56,346 bases of DNA, filler included, from Bipalium vagum (GCA_037834085.1; 3 parts of 3 records of this genome joined end to end with filler, not necessarily neighbours in it), one strand, 5' to 3'; positions 1-15,737 are shown, counted from the first letter of the whole stretch. Notes: a model not told the origin generated them from the letters alone. Numbers and translations: made by a program.

Positions 1-1127
1 TAATATTATTTGCAATATGATTTTTTTTATATTTTCAAAAACATGTAAAAATTAAAAATGAGAATATTTCTTTTCGGAAATGGAAATAATAAAAAGAAAG
101 CATATTATTTTTGTTACAAAAATTTTAGGTCCGGTAATCTCTTTTGGACCTTTAAAAAATATCTAATCTAAATTTTTATAATTAAAATAATTGTTATAAT
201 AATAAATGTTTGGGTCGTTAATTGTAATATTTTTATTTTTTAACGGATTTATTGAAAATTTAGAGTAAAATAATCTTGTAATTAAAAAAATTAGTCGATA
301 CTGTTGCCTTTCGATTTGTAATAAGATTACCAATATTATATTTAAGATTTTCTACCATTTGTTTTCTCATGAAATTTTTGGTAAGCAGTAATCACTTATA
401 AAATTTATTAAGATAAGAAATCATGGATAATTTACAATTACGTGGGTACTTTTTTAACCGGATACTTTAAGGAATAACTGTATTTTAACAGACATAATCA
501 CGAAATTCGATATTGACTTACTATAAATCATTCGATAAATCTTGATTAATGAATTTTGTTGAAAATAAAGGTAAGCCTTTGAAAGAGGAATTATAAATAA
601 AATATCAAAATTTCGCGGGAAAATTGATGTTCACTGATTTACTATAATATTGATTTACCAGAAATAATATAATAAAATATGATGAATTGATCGATCTATA
701 GATTAAGACTGATAGGCCATTCCATTGAATTTCAAAGAATGATAATTTTGTCTAGAAATTTTGAAATGGAAATTGTGGATTAATTTTGTTTTAGAATCCA
801 AGTGAAATGTAATATTATGGTAATATAATACAGGTGAGATGTGAATAAAAGATAATTTAATGCACACCGATTATTTGAGCAAGATGAATTTGAGAGTCGC
901 AAATGTTTTAAATTCATATTTTTGAGCGGATTTTATTTTTTTCTTTATTTAATATCTTGTTATACTTGTAGATATATTTTTCATTGATTTTTGGAAGAGG
1001 TTTATCGACTCTTAAGACTGTTTCTTATATCAGCTATTAAGTGATTTTAGTCTACATATAAGAGGTCAATGTCTAAATATCTATAAAATTAAGAATATGT
1101 TGTTTTATAATTAGTTATTGTCCATAT

Positions 1128-1800
1128 ATTAGGTCACCTGAAAAGTCCAGTGGATTTTGACGAAGAAAACCAAAGAAAAATCCACATTTTTAAACACTTT
1201 AAAAAATAATTTTAATTCTGTTTAATTACTCTTCACTATTGGTCTGGTATTTGAAAATTCCCTCTGATCGGTACGCTTATTGGAGAAGGGTCACCCAAGT
1301 ACTTTTTGATGGCCTAATTTAATAATGGTTAATAAATTTTGGAGATATAAGAATAAATGGTAATCCGATCGAGCAAGATTAGCTGAGTATGGCTGTTGGG
1401 TAATAAGATTTCAGCCATACTCCAGAATTTTATCGCAAAATTATTGACATTTGTGGTCTGCTATTATTGATGTAAGACAACGCCTTTTCTTGCCCTCAAA
1501 TGGTATTGTTTTTTTTTAATATCGATATCCATCTTAAGATATGCCAGTTGAGAACAATTTTTTCGAAGTTGAACTTTTGATTGTGTGAGAGTAATTCATT
1601 AAGAATGATTTCCTTGTAATCTCACCATACAAACAGCAATACTTGTCGTGGATAAAATTCAGTCTTGGATGTCAGTAAAGGAGTTTATCCTGGTTTATTG
1701 TAAGAACTTTTCATTGTGACATTGTCTTATTAGATCCATATCTCCTAGTATATCTTAGAACATTTGATCTTCTATACGCAAATAATCTTTCTAGAAATAC
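1128..1800 (-). mobile_element. Decayed mariner transposon remnant
   Basis: TATTAGGTCACCTGAAAAGT mariner-type terminus at ~1128; minus-strand PYSANLARSDYHLF (YSPDLAPSDYHLF motif) at ~1350-1395; many stops. Right boundary approximate. Confidence 0.7.
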
Positions 1801-2039
1801 AAAATGATCAGACTGAAGAAGAAAGTTTTGTTCTAAGTAAAAAATATTTTAAAAATAATATTTTTATTAATTTGTGGAATTTCTTCATGAAGATTAAAAC
1901 AAATAATTAAAAAAAATTAATGTCGTTAGTCCTAAAATTGAAGCATCCTCTTATTTACTTATTTAATCAGCTGATGCGATGATATTTTCCGTTTTCCCAC
2001 CATATGTTAGAGATTCAATATAATTTAATCTCTCTTCAG

Positions 2040-5000
2040 CTATACAAGCAATACATGGAAAACGTTGAACAAATTCTATTAGCATTAGACCAGAGCATTC
2101 GTGGAAATTCCGTTCTCAAGGACAATATTAGAAAATTTGAATCACAAAAGGTGTGTTATATGCCACTTTATGCATATTTTCTCGCGCCTTCCCATCGAAT
2201 TCTGCAGTATCGCCAAGCTTTCGAGAGAATTCTTCGTCATATTGGAGAAAATCATGTAGATACGAAAGATTACAAATGTACGACATAATTTTAATTTTTA
2301 ATTTAGTTATATTTTTTCACATATGTCAACAAGATCCATGTAACCCTTATGATTTTATTGATTTTTTATCATGACATTTCAAGACATTAATGACAAATGA
2401 AATTTTTGTTTCAATTAATTAAAAAATCTTTCACGAAATGAAAATTTAATTTTCTACATTTGAGTCTTGTAAAACATTATCAAGCTCAATATGTGAGGTT
2501 CTCATAAAGAAAATTTCGATTTTGGCAAAACTGTAGAAAATTACTTATACATTTTCTTTTCAAAAATTCTTTTTCAATCTCAGTCTTGGTAGAAAATTTG
2601 AGTTGGTATCGATTTCTACAATCTGACACCGAGATAAACTAAAAATATGAGTTCCATCAACAATTCGCCATATAATCCTTAGTTTTCTCTTGATGAAGTA
2701 ATTTAAGTTTTTATTAAATGTTACATTAATTTATTTAAGACAATTTGTGAGGAACGAAACAGTCTTGTGTTTGATTAATAAGATTTGTTATACTCAAACA
2801 TATTTCTTGAAGTGTTAAAAATGGGCTATATTTTTTTTAATCTATGAAAGGATTTATTTTTCTCTTTCCTGTCCATAAATGAGTGAAGCTTTAACGTCCT
2901 TTGAAAAAAAATCTAAAAATGATATTAATTCTTTCTCGTATCTCACTAAATTTATTTCGTGTTTCTTTGGAATTAGTTGAATTTGTTAGAGTAAAAATGT
3001 GATATAAAAATAGTGTAAAATAATAAAAGTAATCGATATTAGTAACAATAACAAGTTTTAATCTTTTTTATTCCTCTCATATCTATATTTTTTATTGAAA
3101 TCCTTTCTACGACAAGACGTCTGACAAAAATCACCAACCTTAGTCCTCTGAAAGTCAAGAATAATTAATTTTATTGATACCATTTTTTAACACTGTGTGT
3201 GATGTCCAAAATGATCTCAATGAGCCAACGAACAAGAACATTGACGTTGGTACATTATTGTTTAGTAGATCTTTGAATATTTTAATTGAGATCCTATACC
3301 AAGTGTATATACCTTTAGTGTATATTGATTTTAAGTATTTGATATCTATATTCTGTAACTGAAGTTGACTTGACAGAATAGCTCAAATCTGCAAATTTTT
3401 TAAATCCAGGTTGTTAATATCAATCGGTGTATATTCAGAATTAGAAGTCATTTTTTGAATAGATTTATTAAGTGATCAAACAAAATAATATTTAAGCAAA
3501 TTTTCTCAGACCTGGAAATTTCTTTTTATATTAAATTTTAAAAAAAGTTTTTTTTAAAAATTTCATTCATACTTTTTAAATATTTTAAAATAGTTAAAAT
3601 AAATAATTAAAAATTCCCCGAGTCTGATTAGCCTCTTCATATAGTTTAGATTTCTTGATGGTCATGTCTTAGATTCAGTTACGTTTGCCTCGTTTTCACT
3701 CAGATAAACCACAATATCTATAGCTTTGTGATCTACCGATGTTTTACTGTTGTCATTTTCATTCTTTTGAATCCATTATCTCATTGATATCTTTAAACTT
3801 TTCTTGACACATTTCATCTTTGTAGACATGCTAATTAACTGATTTCCATTTCTTGTCATGAGCTTGTTGATAGTCAACATATGAATCAATAAAGCACACC
3901 TTTGTCTTATCAGAGTATAATATTGCAAGAATTGAACATGATTGAAGACAACTGTTTATCATTTTCCACTAGTTAATTTTTATTTTGGATGTATGTCGTG
4001 ACCTGCCTACTGATGTATTGTTGACTGTAATGTCCTGGTGAATGTTTTGGTAATATCCCTGGTGTTATAGTAAGTTCTAACATATCTTGTTTGGTAGCAC
4101 AATTAGATTTCGTGGATGTACCTTATATACTTGTGCCCATTTTGCAGATCTTTTCCTACTTCAGCCTGATTTTTCGTTATTACTGAAAACAAATCTGGTA
4201 AACTTTCACGATATATGTATAGTCCTTAAATTGAATTCCATTCATGCATATTAGTTGCACCAATAAATAATAATTAAATTAAATAATTAAAACAAATTTA
4301 TTGAGAACTTAATATTGTATTTTTTCTTAAGTGATTTTTTGATGGGCACCCAGTAAATTTTAATGTGCTCCCATCTTTGTAAAACAGTAGATATGTGTGT
4401 AAATTATTAAAGATTTACAGTTTTACATTTTGATTTTCCTTCAATGTGAATAAATAAAGATAATGGTAAATTTGTCCTTTTTGACTGGTCCACTTTTTTC
4501 ACATTAATGGTTCATAATATTGAGGAATGATACATTCCTATTCTGTTTTCATTCATATCATTACACTATTTAATTCATATATTTTAACTATTTTGATAAG
4601 CCCACTGAAAAAATTTTCGCTGACATTTACAGAAATATGTCCATTACATATTTTCAATATTTATACCAACGGAATTTGAAATTTTTTTCTTTAATAATTT
4701 AATAAAATAATGAAATTTTATGTGGATCCAATTGGAGATTCAAAATATTTTCAAGGTGTGGTTTTTTATTTCTCTATAGAAATTTATCAGATTCTCTGTG
4801 GGTATAATTTTTATCCATATTTGTCTTTATATTTATTTACCTAATTTCTTTTGAGGTATATGATTATTAAAAGTCAATAAAAGTGTTGGCTTAGACATTT
4901 TAGTAAAAGAAATACCAATAAAGCAGACCAGACAAGTAGAAAATGATTTTAATAAATAATTTTTAATAATGATGATTTTTTGAATAAAAAATCTTACTCC

Positions 5001-8000
5001 GACGATTAACTTCAGATGTGAAACGGGAGAGTTTTATTTGTCTTGAAATTGGAAAGGTTAATTTACAGTCGTGAATGATGAAAACCACACCTCTATTTAA
5101 ATCTTAACATTTTTTTAAATAAAAAAACTAATAACTTGTTATACAACAAAAAATTTTATGCAATATTCTTAACACGATCGATCATGGATTTTTAATCAAA
5201 ATAAGACGATCTTGTGTGTTACTCATTAAGTCATTCCATATTTCCTCTAACGTAGAGAATAACTGGTCTCGTTTCAGAACGCACCCCATATATTTTCGAT
5301 TGGGGTCATAAAAGGAATAATAAAAGTCCATGGAAGGACATTTACATCATAGACCTCCAAACATTTCTTTGTTGATCTCGAGCATGTGTACGAGCATTAT
5401 CCTGTTGAAATTTATCTCAATTTAATAAGATTTTTACCTATAAATGGTAGTAGACCAGTTATAAGAGGTTTCTAGTACGTTTCTGAATTAAATTTCAGAA
5501 ATATTTACCTTTAAATCAATACCATGAATGTATACTCATTCACAGAAAAAGCACTCCAAATAATACAAATGCCTCTGCTTCCATTCAAATGATTAAGTAT
5601 ACTGTTTCATTATACAGTTTTCCGGTACATCAGCGCACATACTAAAAAGCTACTCTCATCAATAAAGGCAATGCAAAACCAGTCATCTAATATCTAGTGC
5701 AAGTGATTGAGTTCCCACTTATCTTTTTTATCTTTCAATCTTTAAATCAGTTTCAGTTTCTTCGCAGGTGTTTACTCACGTACATAGTCCATTGTCACGA
5801 AGTCAGCTATCTACATGTTGTGCAGAAATAATAGGGATAATTCCTTTTGGATTTCAACAGCACTTCTAAACCGATAAACTTCACAAATTCGTACCATATG
5901 AACTATTTTACTACTTTCCCATTTTGATTTTTTACTCTTCTCTGTGCATAACTTTTTTGCAGTCGTTGTCAACATTTAGCCACCAAATTTCTAGACATCT
6001 TTAAATAAATCACAATTTCATGGTAATTCCATTGAACATCAAATTTCAATGATGATTCAAATATTCTTCCATGCATGAAATCTGATAAATCTGCTCCACT
6101 TTCCATGTTTTGCTAGAATCAATTTAAAATAAATATTTTGTTTAAAAAAATTACAAAATATCCATATTGCTATTTATTGTTTCATTGGTTGCCTTTTCAC
6201 TTTGATTAAATACTTGAAAGGAATAACTTTAACAAATGCATTCGTTATATAAAAACCAAGGATTTTACAGGTGTGTACTTTTCATTGTCCACGACTATTT
6301 AGAGTAAATTGATCGCTCAAAAAAAGTTGATAACAAAAGTTAATTCTTAAGTTTCGCGAATTTCTTTGAATTCAATAAATGAATATTTTAATATACCTTC
6401 CAAATGTTTTTGGAAGTCTCAACATTTCCATTCCTGACCTTCAAAATGTCACTGATAATAAAGTAAAAAAAACTTTAATATTTTTAAACAAATCTTATTT
6501 CTATTTAAATCTTGTGTTATTCAACATTTAAATATTCCAATGGAACATTCAATTAAATATAAATAAAATATTTATCTGGAATATATAATGTATAATATCA
6601 ACATGTGGGATTTTATGTGATTCCTCTTATATTTCTTTACAGTAATTTTGTCACAATTGCAAGATTTGATTCAAAGTGTTTGGGATGTTTACAAAAAGGC
6701 AGAAAATACTTGTAAATTATTAGAATTGCAAAAAGATATAGTGGGTTTTCAACAATTTTGTAATAATTCCTCAGATAAATCGAATTCTTGTTCGATATAT
6801 AAACCTAATCGAAATTTTATCAGAGAAGGTTGGCTTCAAAAACTTGGAAAAAAGGGATATCAACAGCGAATGTTTTTCATGTTTTCTGATCAATTATTCT
6901 ATACGAATAAAATAAACGGAAATGTTTTACAGTTTAAAGTTAGTATTCCTTTATTACTTTTATTAATTTGTCCAATAGTATTTGTAGTTAAGAAAACCGT
7001 TTATATTATCAATAAATGCTCTTAATTTTTGTATTATTCTTAGAAACAATTTTTGTTAACCCATAAAGACATTTAATCATCTAATGAATGACCGTTTCGG
7101 GTATGATTAGGAAATTATGTAACCAAAAATTAATGTTTTCTGCAGTCATTGTAAAATTATGAGTAATGTTGTAATTGTAATATGATTCATCTGGCATTCT
7201 ATTTTAGAGGCTAAAGACTGTCAACAGTTCATCTACATAGCATGTGACAAAGACTCAGTATTCTTGAGAACCATTTACCGCTGATATTCAGAGTTCTAAT
7301 CTGGAAAACAAATTTCTTTAAAAGTCAATACTGGATCTGGACACCTTCAGTTGTAATAAACTTTTAAAGATAAGATCCCCATATTACGATAGACAAATTG
7401 ATTGAATGTATTAATGGTTTTTGTTTTATGACCTAACATATTCTTACCGAAGATCTCCATTTAAAGTGGAAAGTAACAAAGTGGATCCAGACATTATTAT
7501 CATGCTCGATAATGGTTATCATCATTGTGCTGCTTCTGTAATCTTTCAAAAAAACTTTGCTACATCATCCACCTTATAATGTAGATACTAATATACTTGA
7601 TCGTTGAGTGTTTACCAAACTATGACTTATTCACATGATAAAGTTTTCATTCCGAAGATGGAGTAAAAACACCATGAAATAAATAATGGAAAAGGGTTGA
7701 TATTTAATCAGGATAATGTAGAGTCTCACCAAATATTAAGTGTACTGCAAAAATTAATTTTTTTTGCTTAAAAGATTTTTAATTACTTTCCAAAAAGTAT
7801 TTTCAAATTGCCTAACCCAATAGAAATAAACACAATTTTTACATCCAATCAATATTTATTTTTACGTAATAAATTTTATATTTACCACTAGTGTTTAATG
7901 GATCAGGAATAATATCCATTTTAAAAGCGACATTTTAAAATCCGTGTGTTTCAAAAACATTTGAAATAAAATAAATAATCAAATTTCAAAAATAATAAAT

Positions 8001-11000
8001 TATTTCTTTTACTAATGTACCGATTTTTCTATTCCATAAACAAAGATAATAATTTACTGAAATTTTTAGTTGATTATTTACTTATGTCTTAATTTGTTTA
8101 TTTAATTTCGTAATAATAATTATAATATTAAAAGTTCAAAATACCATTAAATCACCACAGTTCGCCTTTTTACAAAAAGATTATTAAATAATATATAATA
8201 TAAAATTTATTTTTCAGTGGAAGACAAAGAGGTCTGGAAGGCCAAAAGAGTTGGAGGATTATCAAATTATGAACCTTCTTGAACAAAACAGATAAATTAG
8301 TGCTAAGCAAATCGATTCTGAGTTAAATATAAGCGATACAGCCATAAGAAACCGACTGAAAGCGTTAGGATTCACTTGTAAATTAGACAAATGGATTCCC
8401 CACCAACTAACTGGAAAAACAAGTTGGATCGCATTGAAATTTGTTCAAGACTTTTCGAAAGAAACTGAAATGATACTTTTCTCGACCCGATAGTCACTTG
8501 CGATGAAAATTCGATCTATCTAGACAACATAACCAGACGAAGATCGTGGTCGTAATCCCGGGAAACCATTATTTCTGATATCTATTGTGACATGCTCAGA
8601 AGAGTTCATGCCATTATGAAGAAAAGTCGGAGCAGTTTGATAAACCGAAAACAAGTGATTTTCCACCAAAATAATACCAAGCCTCACAAATCAATGAAGA
8701 CATTGAAGGTTATTCAGGAATTGAGCTGGACTCTAATGAAACATCCAAAGTTCCGATAGCGCCAAATCCGATTTTTATTTGTTCCGGGTATTACACAGAA
8801 TCACTTGATGGGTTAAAATCTTAAGAGTTCCGAAGGTACAAAGAATGAAGTACATTTTTTCTTTCATTCAAAAAATCGAGATTCCTTTAATACTGGGACC
8901 AATAAACTTCTAAATAGATGGGAGGCAGTAATAGAAAAAGATGGAGAATATCTGGATGGTTAATTGCTTAATAATGTTTTATGATTAATAAATTAAATTT
9001 ATTTTTCAGTCTTAGTTTAGTTTTTAATTAAAAAACGAAAAAACTTAGTTCGTTACCTGATATTAAGAGTTTTTTAAAGCAAAAAAGTCACTATTTTGTT
9101 TTATTAATAATCAAATACCTATTGATTCATAATATTCAATATTAATGTTATTATAGTTTTTATCACAGGAACATTATCCCATCTGATATCGTTCTTAGTT
9201 TTTTCTAATGTTATTATTTTCTCTATATTTTTCCTTTTTGATTATTTTTGATATTATTGGTTCATGTGTATGTTAATTCTGCTAAGGAATTTTTCTTATC
9301 AGTGTTGCGTGTTGTATTTATTTTAATACTGGGTTCACCATTTTGATAGAAATAATATTTTACAAATTAATATATTACGTCAAATTATTCTCCAGCTTAA
9401 TATGTAAAATGAATGTGGTTTGTTCAGCTTCAATTTTCATTGAAATTAAGATGGCTTGATAGCTGAAGTTTTGACACTTCCTTTGAAACATTATCTCGAT
9501 GATTTGTCTTTCTTTTTATTAATGGCATTGCAATATGTTCTATGATATTACTTGAAAGGGGTGTTTGATGTGGCAAATAATAATTAAAGAAAATTTAACA
9601 TTAATTTTCATTTTAACTGATATTTCAAATGATATTTCACCACTGATGGTAATATGGAGATTTTCTTCATTATAAACGATGATTTATTTGTTTGAATCTT
9701 TGATGCAATTTCTGAAATATTTGAATTGATCATTTCTTAATCATAAATCTAAAATTATCACAGTTTATTGTATTATTATTTTTGTTTAAAACTATGAAAA
9801 ATATTATCTTTAGTCTTTTTTAATTGAGTGCAATTTCATTTTTTCAATGTCTACTCTATGGAAATTTTTTCATATAGTCATTATCAAAAATACAGATGTT
9901 GGTATTGGTTTCAGTTTAAGTTCTAAACATTATTGTACATAATTAGATTGTTTGCAAGAAGCTGATTAGGAAGAAAATTCAAGTTTGGTAGATCGAAATA
10001 ATGTGATATTTACTGCAAAACCACAGTCTGTATGGAGTCTTATTAAAAAGAACAACCTTGAGTGAGGTGTTCTTTTAGACCCGCAAAATTCATTAGATGT
10101 GCATTAGGTACCTTCCGATTATTATTTGTTTCAATCGATGTTGAACTATTTCAATGGAAAACAATTTGAGTCTTTTAAAATCTCAATGTCTCAGTTCAAG
10201 CTAGAAAGATGAAGATAAATATTGAAAACAGTGACATGTATCTAATTAATTAATATTTGAATTTAATTATAATTGGATATTTTAAATTCGCCGAGACAAT
10301 TATTATTAAGTGTCATTGTCTTTCTTATTGGAATTTACATTTAAAATTTTATTTAAAAAATTCAGTCTAATTTCTGTTAAGTGAATTTTAAGATTTTTCA
10401 AAATTTATTTTTTAAGAAAATCATTTTAAAAATTAATTAAACATAATTGTTGCATTATCAGAATTGAATTGATTTTATAAACAATCTGAAAATCGATAAA
10501 TATTTTATTATTAATTTATTTGTTTTTTTTTGTAATTAAAGAGTGAATATAACTAATTCAATTAATGATATTTGCATTTAAATTTAGAAAAAAATTATTA
10601 TTAAAAGTTTTCATAACATATGTAGTCAGTTGTTGCTTTCATCGTTATCAATTGAAAAAAGTGATCTGTTAAAAATGTTAAATCGAAGTACGATGAGAAT
10701 CATAAATTATTTCTCCATAGGTACACGGCCAATTCCCACTTCACGATTTAATGATTGAAGAATCTGAACCAACTCACAGCTTTACTGTCTATTCTGGTAA
10801 TCGATGCTTTCTGGTCGCTGCCAACAGCCAGTGGCAGCGGGATCGTTGGCTTGAGGACATCAGTCGGGCTATTTTAGCGGCGAAGTCTTCTTCAAGTCTC
10901 TCAGGAAATGGAGGCGTTGACAGTAAAAATTTTAATTTCGATGACACTGTATCTTCTGATCAGCTAAAAATAGGTGAGATATTATTAATAATTTCTTTTC

Positions 11001-13867
11001 AATTGGATTTTTTAATCTAATTTTTTTACGACAAAAATGTAATTTCTATAATTGTTATTGTTTTACTTTAATTTTTGATAATTAATATTTTGTCCCGAGT
11101 AGTTCGTGCGTTTTTTATGATAAAACAGAAATTTTTTTATTAAACATAAGCACCCATTGTGTACGATAATTATTCCACTGTTACCTGGAATAAATGTTAT
11201 CTGTTGCCAAGTGTTTTCAATTATTTTGTATACAAAAATTTTATATACAGGGTGGTCTTCCGAAAACCGGGAAATTTCGGAATAAATTTTTCAAAACGAA
11301 CTCTCGGTTTTTTCTTTGACCAAGTTCGGTTATACTTCTTCACTATTTTAGGGTAAATCGGACTACAACATGTGTCAAATACTCCTTTAAAATACGGATC
11401 ACTTAGTTAATTGATCATTTTGATCTTATTTGTGCTATAATATCATTTTCAATTATATAACTATGAAGTCTAAATGAATTGATTATAAAAATTTTAATTT
11501 TAGAAAAATCGAAAGTTGCAATGGAAGATCGGTATCAAATACCTCAAAGATCAAATACCAGCGTCCATGTTTGTTGGCATCGGAATTGCAGCTTGGCATT
11601 CACAGAAATTCTCAGAGCAAATGAAGTTGGTGATATACTTTAATTGAATAACACAATTTCAATTTAACTAAAGCTACTTTTTAGTGAATTCTAAAGATAA
11701 ATTAATTTTGGTTTTTTGGAAATTCATTACTGATCTTCTTTTCCATATTATATTACATTTGTGAATTATGAAGTAATAAATAATATGGTATTCCGTATAG
11801 TCCATGTTTATTTATATGTTAAAATTGACCTCGGAATGGTATTTATAATAATTATTAATAATAAGATAGGGAAAAACAATTAAAAGTTTTATGTAATCAA
11901 TTAAAAGATAGCTCATATTTCAATAATTATATAATTTAGAACGAGTTGTCTGGATATTTGCTAAGAAAGTTCAAGAATAGCAACGGCTGGCAAAAACTTT
12001 GGGTTGTATTCACTCAATTGTGCCTCTTTTTCTTTAAAAATTATCAAGATGATAGCCCCTTAGCCACACTACCTTTAATTGGATATCTTGTCTGCCAACC
12101 GTCTCCCGAGGATCAAATCAGGAAGGATTTCGTTTTCAAATTGCAGTTCAAAAATCATGTGTACTTTTTCAGGGGAGACAGTCAGTATACTTATGATAGG
12201 TAATCTGTTACTTGTCCATGGTCGAAATTTGTTCGTTCATTAATATTCTCAAATCTCCTTAATCGATTTTTATGATATTTTGTTATGATAAAATCATTAA
12301 AATTAATTTTATTCTTTTATTTTCTGTTGAACCAAGATAGTCAGTATGAAATATAAAAAAATACATTTTTAAAATTTAAAATAGACTTAGTTTGTCATAC
12401 AGGTACGAAATAACTTTCCAAGCAGCTCAATTTCATTAAAAATTTGGAAATTAATTAATTTTTCAAAAATATTTTCACACTCTTTAATCATATAATTAAG
12501 TCAAATGATACAAAGGTGAGCTTAAATCTAAATAAAATATCAAAATAATTATTTTTTATTTATTTTTATTTTAACAGAAAATATTATGGAATTGTTTAAT
12601 TTAAACTTTTATTTTAAAATTAATTTATTTTATTCTTTTAAGATTCTCTATTATATCTATAAGCAAAATATTGAAATATTTTGTTTCGCGTTTCATTAAA
12701 TCAGACTTACAAACAGATATGAGAAGCTAATCAATATACCTTAAAATAATAAAAATTATTATTATTATTATTAAAGGCACGCGTTTGTGACTAATAAAAA
12801 TTATTAATTAATATATCCGTCTTATTTCAATTCATTTATCAATTTTAACGGAAATCGGCTTTACGAGCTAAATAACAAATTACTTAATATTCTCTGCTTT
12901 TTCCTCTTATTAGATTTTTCTTTCAACTCACCCAACATAAAAGATATTTTTATCCGATTTATCATTGGAGTAATTTCATTTTCTATTCACCTATTTTTCT
13001 TATGGTTTTTATATTATTGTTCGGTTATTTTATCACAATATCTTCGGCTATTTTTATCCATGTTTTGAAAATAGTAAAATATTATTGATTGCTGTTCATA
13101 ATTCAGGTTGAAATAGCGAATCTATAAAAGAAAGAAAATGAAAATTTCTAATTCGAATGTATTTTTTGCTTAGAAAATTAATAAGTCATCCTGTAATAAT
13201 ATCATTTTAGACATTATATCTCGTTTTATGATACCCTTATTTTTATATATTTTTAAGGTAAAGAATTTACCTATTAAATCTTGGTAACATTGTTTGTTTT
13301 ATTTATTATATTAATAAATTCTATACTAATACAAATTATATAAAAATTAAATAAGTTATCAGTAAAACTGGAAATTTTAAAAGGCCTCTTTTAGATATTA
13401 AACTGATCTGTTCCATTTTAAAAATTTAATGGAAAATCGTAAAGCCATTGATAGAAAACACTTCAACTTCATTTTTCCACTAAAAATAAAAAATAATACA
13501 AATAGTAATATAAATTAACAAGTAAATTTTCAATTAGAATATTGATTTATATTCCACTGATTAAATTAAATATATAATATTAATAAATTAATCAATCCTA
13601 TTTTCAGTCAATCGATTTTATTGAGTATTGTATATTTAAAGAGCAATTATCCATCAAAATATAAAATTATTATAAATTATTAATAATAATATTTTTAAAA
13701 TGATCAAAATTGATTTGATAATAATAATAATTAATAATAATAATAATAAAATGACAATGAGAACAAAATAAAATTATTTCAGATGGTTCGAGTGTTTGAA
13801 TGCGGCAACAGGTTCTGCCAACAAGCTGAAGTCTGCACCCCTCAGCCAATCAGGCCATAACCGATAA
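2040..13867 (+). CDS. FARP: FARP1/2-like FERM-RhoGEF-PH protein, 3' portion (end of DH domain, PH1, PH2). Exons 2040-2277, 6643-6938, 10721-10973, 11504-11625, 11940-12199, 13783-13867
   Basis: All five junctions are GT-AG and phase-consistent. Spliced product has FARP hallmarks: FESQKVCYMPL..HRILQY, REGWLQKLGKKGYQQRMFFMFSD, QFK|VHGQFPL, SNTSVHVCWHRN, SGYLLRKFKNSNGWQKLWVVFT, KDFVFKLQFKNHVYFFR, R|WFECLNAAT; stop TAA at 13865-13867. The 5' exons were not found in the window. Confidence 0.93.
5066..6297 (-). mobile_element. Decayed Tc1-like transposon in a FARP intron
   Basis: TA-CAGTCGTGAATGATGAAAACCACACC at 5066 is an imperfect inverted copy of GGTGTGTACTTTTCATTGTCCACGACTA ending 6297; minus-strand DDWFCIAFIDESSF resembles the first-Asp motif W..V.FSDES. 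Confidence 0.7.
8215..9062 (+). mobile_element. Mariner transposase pseudogene with 3' terminus
   Basis: SGRPK, KLDKWIPHQLT (WVPHEL), IVTCDE, FHQNNTKPH, LLNRWEAVIEKDGEYLD; ends ...CGTTACCTGATA; frameshifts and internal deletions. Confidence 0.85.
9950..10210 (+). mobile_element. Short mariner C-terminal remnant
   Basis: VPSDYYLFQSMLNYFNGKQFESF at ~10110-10175. Confidence 0.6.
11245..11279 (+). repeat. Tc1/mariner-type terminal sequence, second copy at ~20325-20358
   Basis: TACAGGGTGGTCTTCCGAAAACCGGGAAATTTC here versus TACAGGGTAGTCATCCGAAAACCGGGAAATTTC at ~20325; a TA-CAGGGT start is typical of Tc1/mariner TIRs. Confidence 0.6.
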
Positions 13868-15737
13868 CACAATGATCTGTCGAAATATTGCCAAATCATT
13901 AATGTTGAATTGTGCAAATATGCTTATCGATCTCTTTTTGATCTCCTTTACTCTCAATTCGTTTTTGTTTCTCTGTATGATCTCAGTTTATATGTTAAAT
14001 AAATTTCAGTACGAATTCGAATCAAGATCTTTTTTGTTGGATGAAAGAAAAAATAATGTTTCGGCTTACTTTTGTGCATTTTTCAATTTACTTTATTTCA
14101 ACTGTTCTTTATAAATCTTAAATGTATCAAAATAATTATTAGATATGTTTGAAAATGTTATTATTATTTGTGATGAAAATTATTAATATTATTATTATTG
14201 CTTTTATTAACGGCATAATAATTATTATTTGTAATTATTTTAAAATATATTATTGTTGATATTATTATTTAATTATTAATAGTAATAGTATTAATAATAG
14301 TATTATTTATTATTATTATTATATATAAATATATATTGGTTTTAGTGAAATTATTAGATTTTTTATGACATTTTTATGGTATGATTTTAATTTGAGTATT
14401 TGATATTTGTTGAATTGGTTTTATTGTTTTTCCAAATATGAAAATAATATTTTTAATCTTTATTTATTTACTGATAGACAAATAAATATCAGTTTGTTGA
14501 ATTTATTGCTAGTTTTAATATTGAATAAATTAGCTTTATTTTAATTTATATTTTTACAATTTTTGGATTTCATTCGATAAAGCTGTGGCATGCTGTTTTT
14601 GATTTAAATGATTAATTCCATCTCAAAGTAATATTTTAGCTTTACTTTTTGTAGCTATATAGTGTGTTAATTAAATTTAACGAAAATGGTCGATTTTAAG
14701 GTCGATTCTCCGCTAATAATTATTAATAAAAGGCTCCGCTAATTAAAAATCACTCTGTAAGTCTAGATTCTAAAAAAATTGTATAACATAAGGAATATTA
14801 AATTAACCTTGACAAAAGACCTGCAGTGGTATAGAAGTTCTACAAAAAATTTTTTTCTAATAATAAAATTTTGAGAAATTCTTCATTTTGGCTTTATGTA
14901 GGGTGTTTGAAAGTTTCTTCTGCCTGATCTGATACTTATTTTGAATAATCTTGTATGTGCATTTTGGTCTTAGTGATCTATCAAATAAAATATCGTATCT
15001 ATTTTCAAATTTTGTCTCGATTGTATTGTGTTCTTTAGAAATAAATACATTTTTATAATGTTGCGACTGAGGAGCTCTCTTTTTTAAATACTACTTATTT
15101 TTTACTATTAATATATAGTTCTATTTGAAGTTTTAATTCTTTTTTATTTTAATAATGTTTAATTCGTTAAAAGTATCACCAAATGTGCTTAAATTTTTGA
15201 ATGAATATTGAATATTTGAGTGAAAAAGAGTTTTGATGCTGATATATTAATGCTCTAAAAAATATTAAGTAGAATAGATAAATTAGGACTTTTGATTATG
15301 TTAATTCATTACACTGATTATAAAATTATCAATAATAATTCCATTTCAATGTTTATCAAACATCGAAAAAAAACCTACAATAAAAAATCGATTAATAAAA
15401 ATCAATAGAACCTTGAAGTAAATCGAAGTTAATAACAATAATAAACAATAAATGTGTTCAATGTTTTGTGTAATATTTAAACTATTTACTTCGTCATATT
15501 ACTCTCTTAGACATTTAAAATTATAATATTATGAAGAAAATGTTGTATGAAAATGCATTTAATAACGGAACAAAATAGAGAAAAGTGGCTATCTTAACAC
15601 GATTCTTCTTATGGTTCGTTTGTATCTAAAATTTAATATATAAAACTTTTATTTATCGAAAAATGTGAATGTGACATATCATCTAAATAAATCTAATTCT
15701 TGAAAGTTTCGTTTCCTTCTTTATTCAATTTTTATAC

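Noticed and set aside
490-835. AG...GTAAG/GTGAG pairs as candidate upstream FARP exons
   Set aside because: Stops in all frames tested and no DH-domain similarity.
7130-7600. Minus-strand CYVDELLTVF...NFTM resembling a Penelope-type RT YVDD motif
   Set aside because: Single degenerate motif; no other RT motifs could be aligned with confidence.
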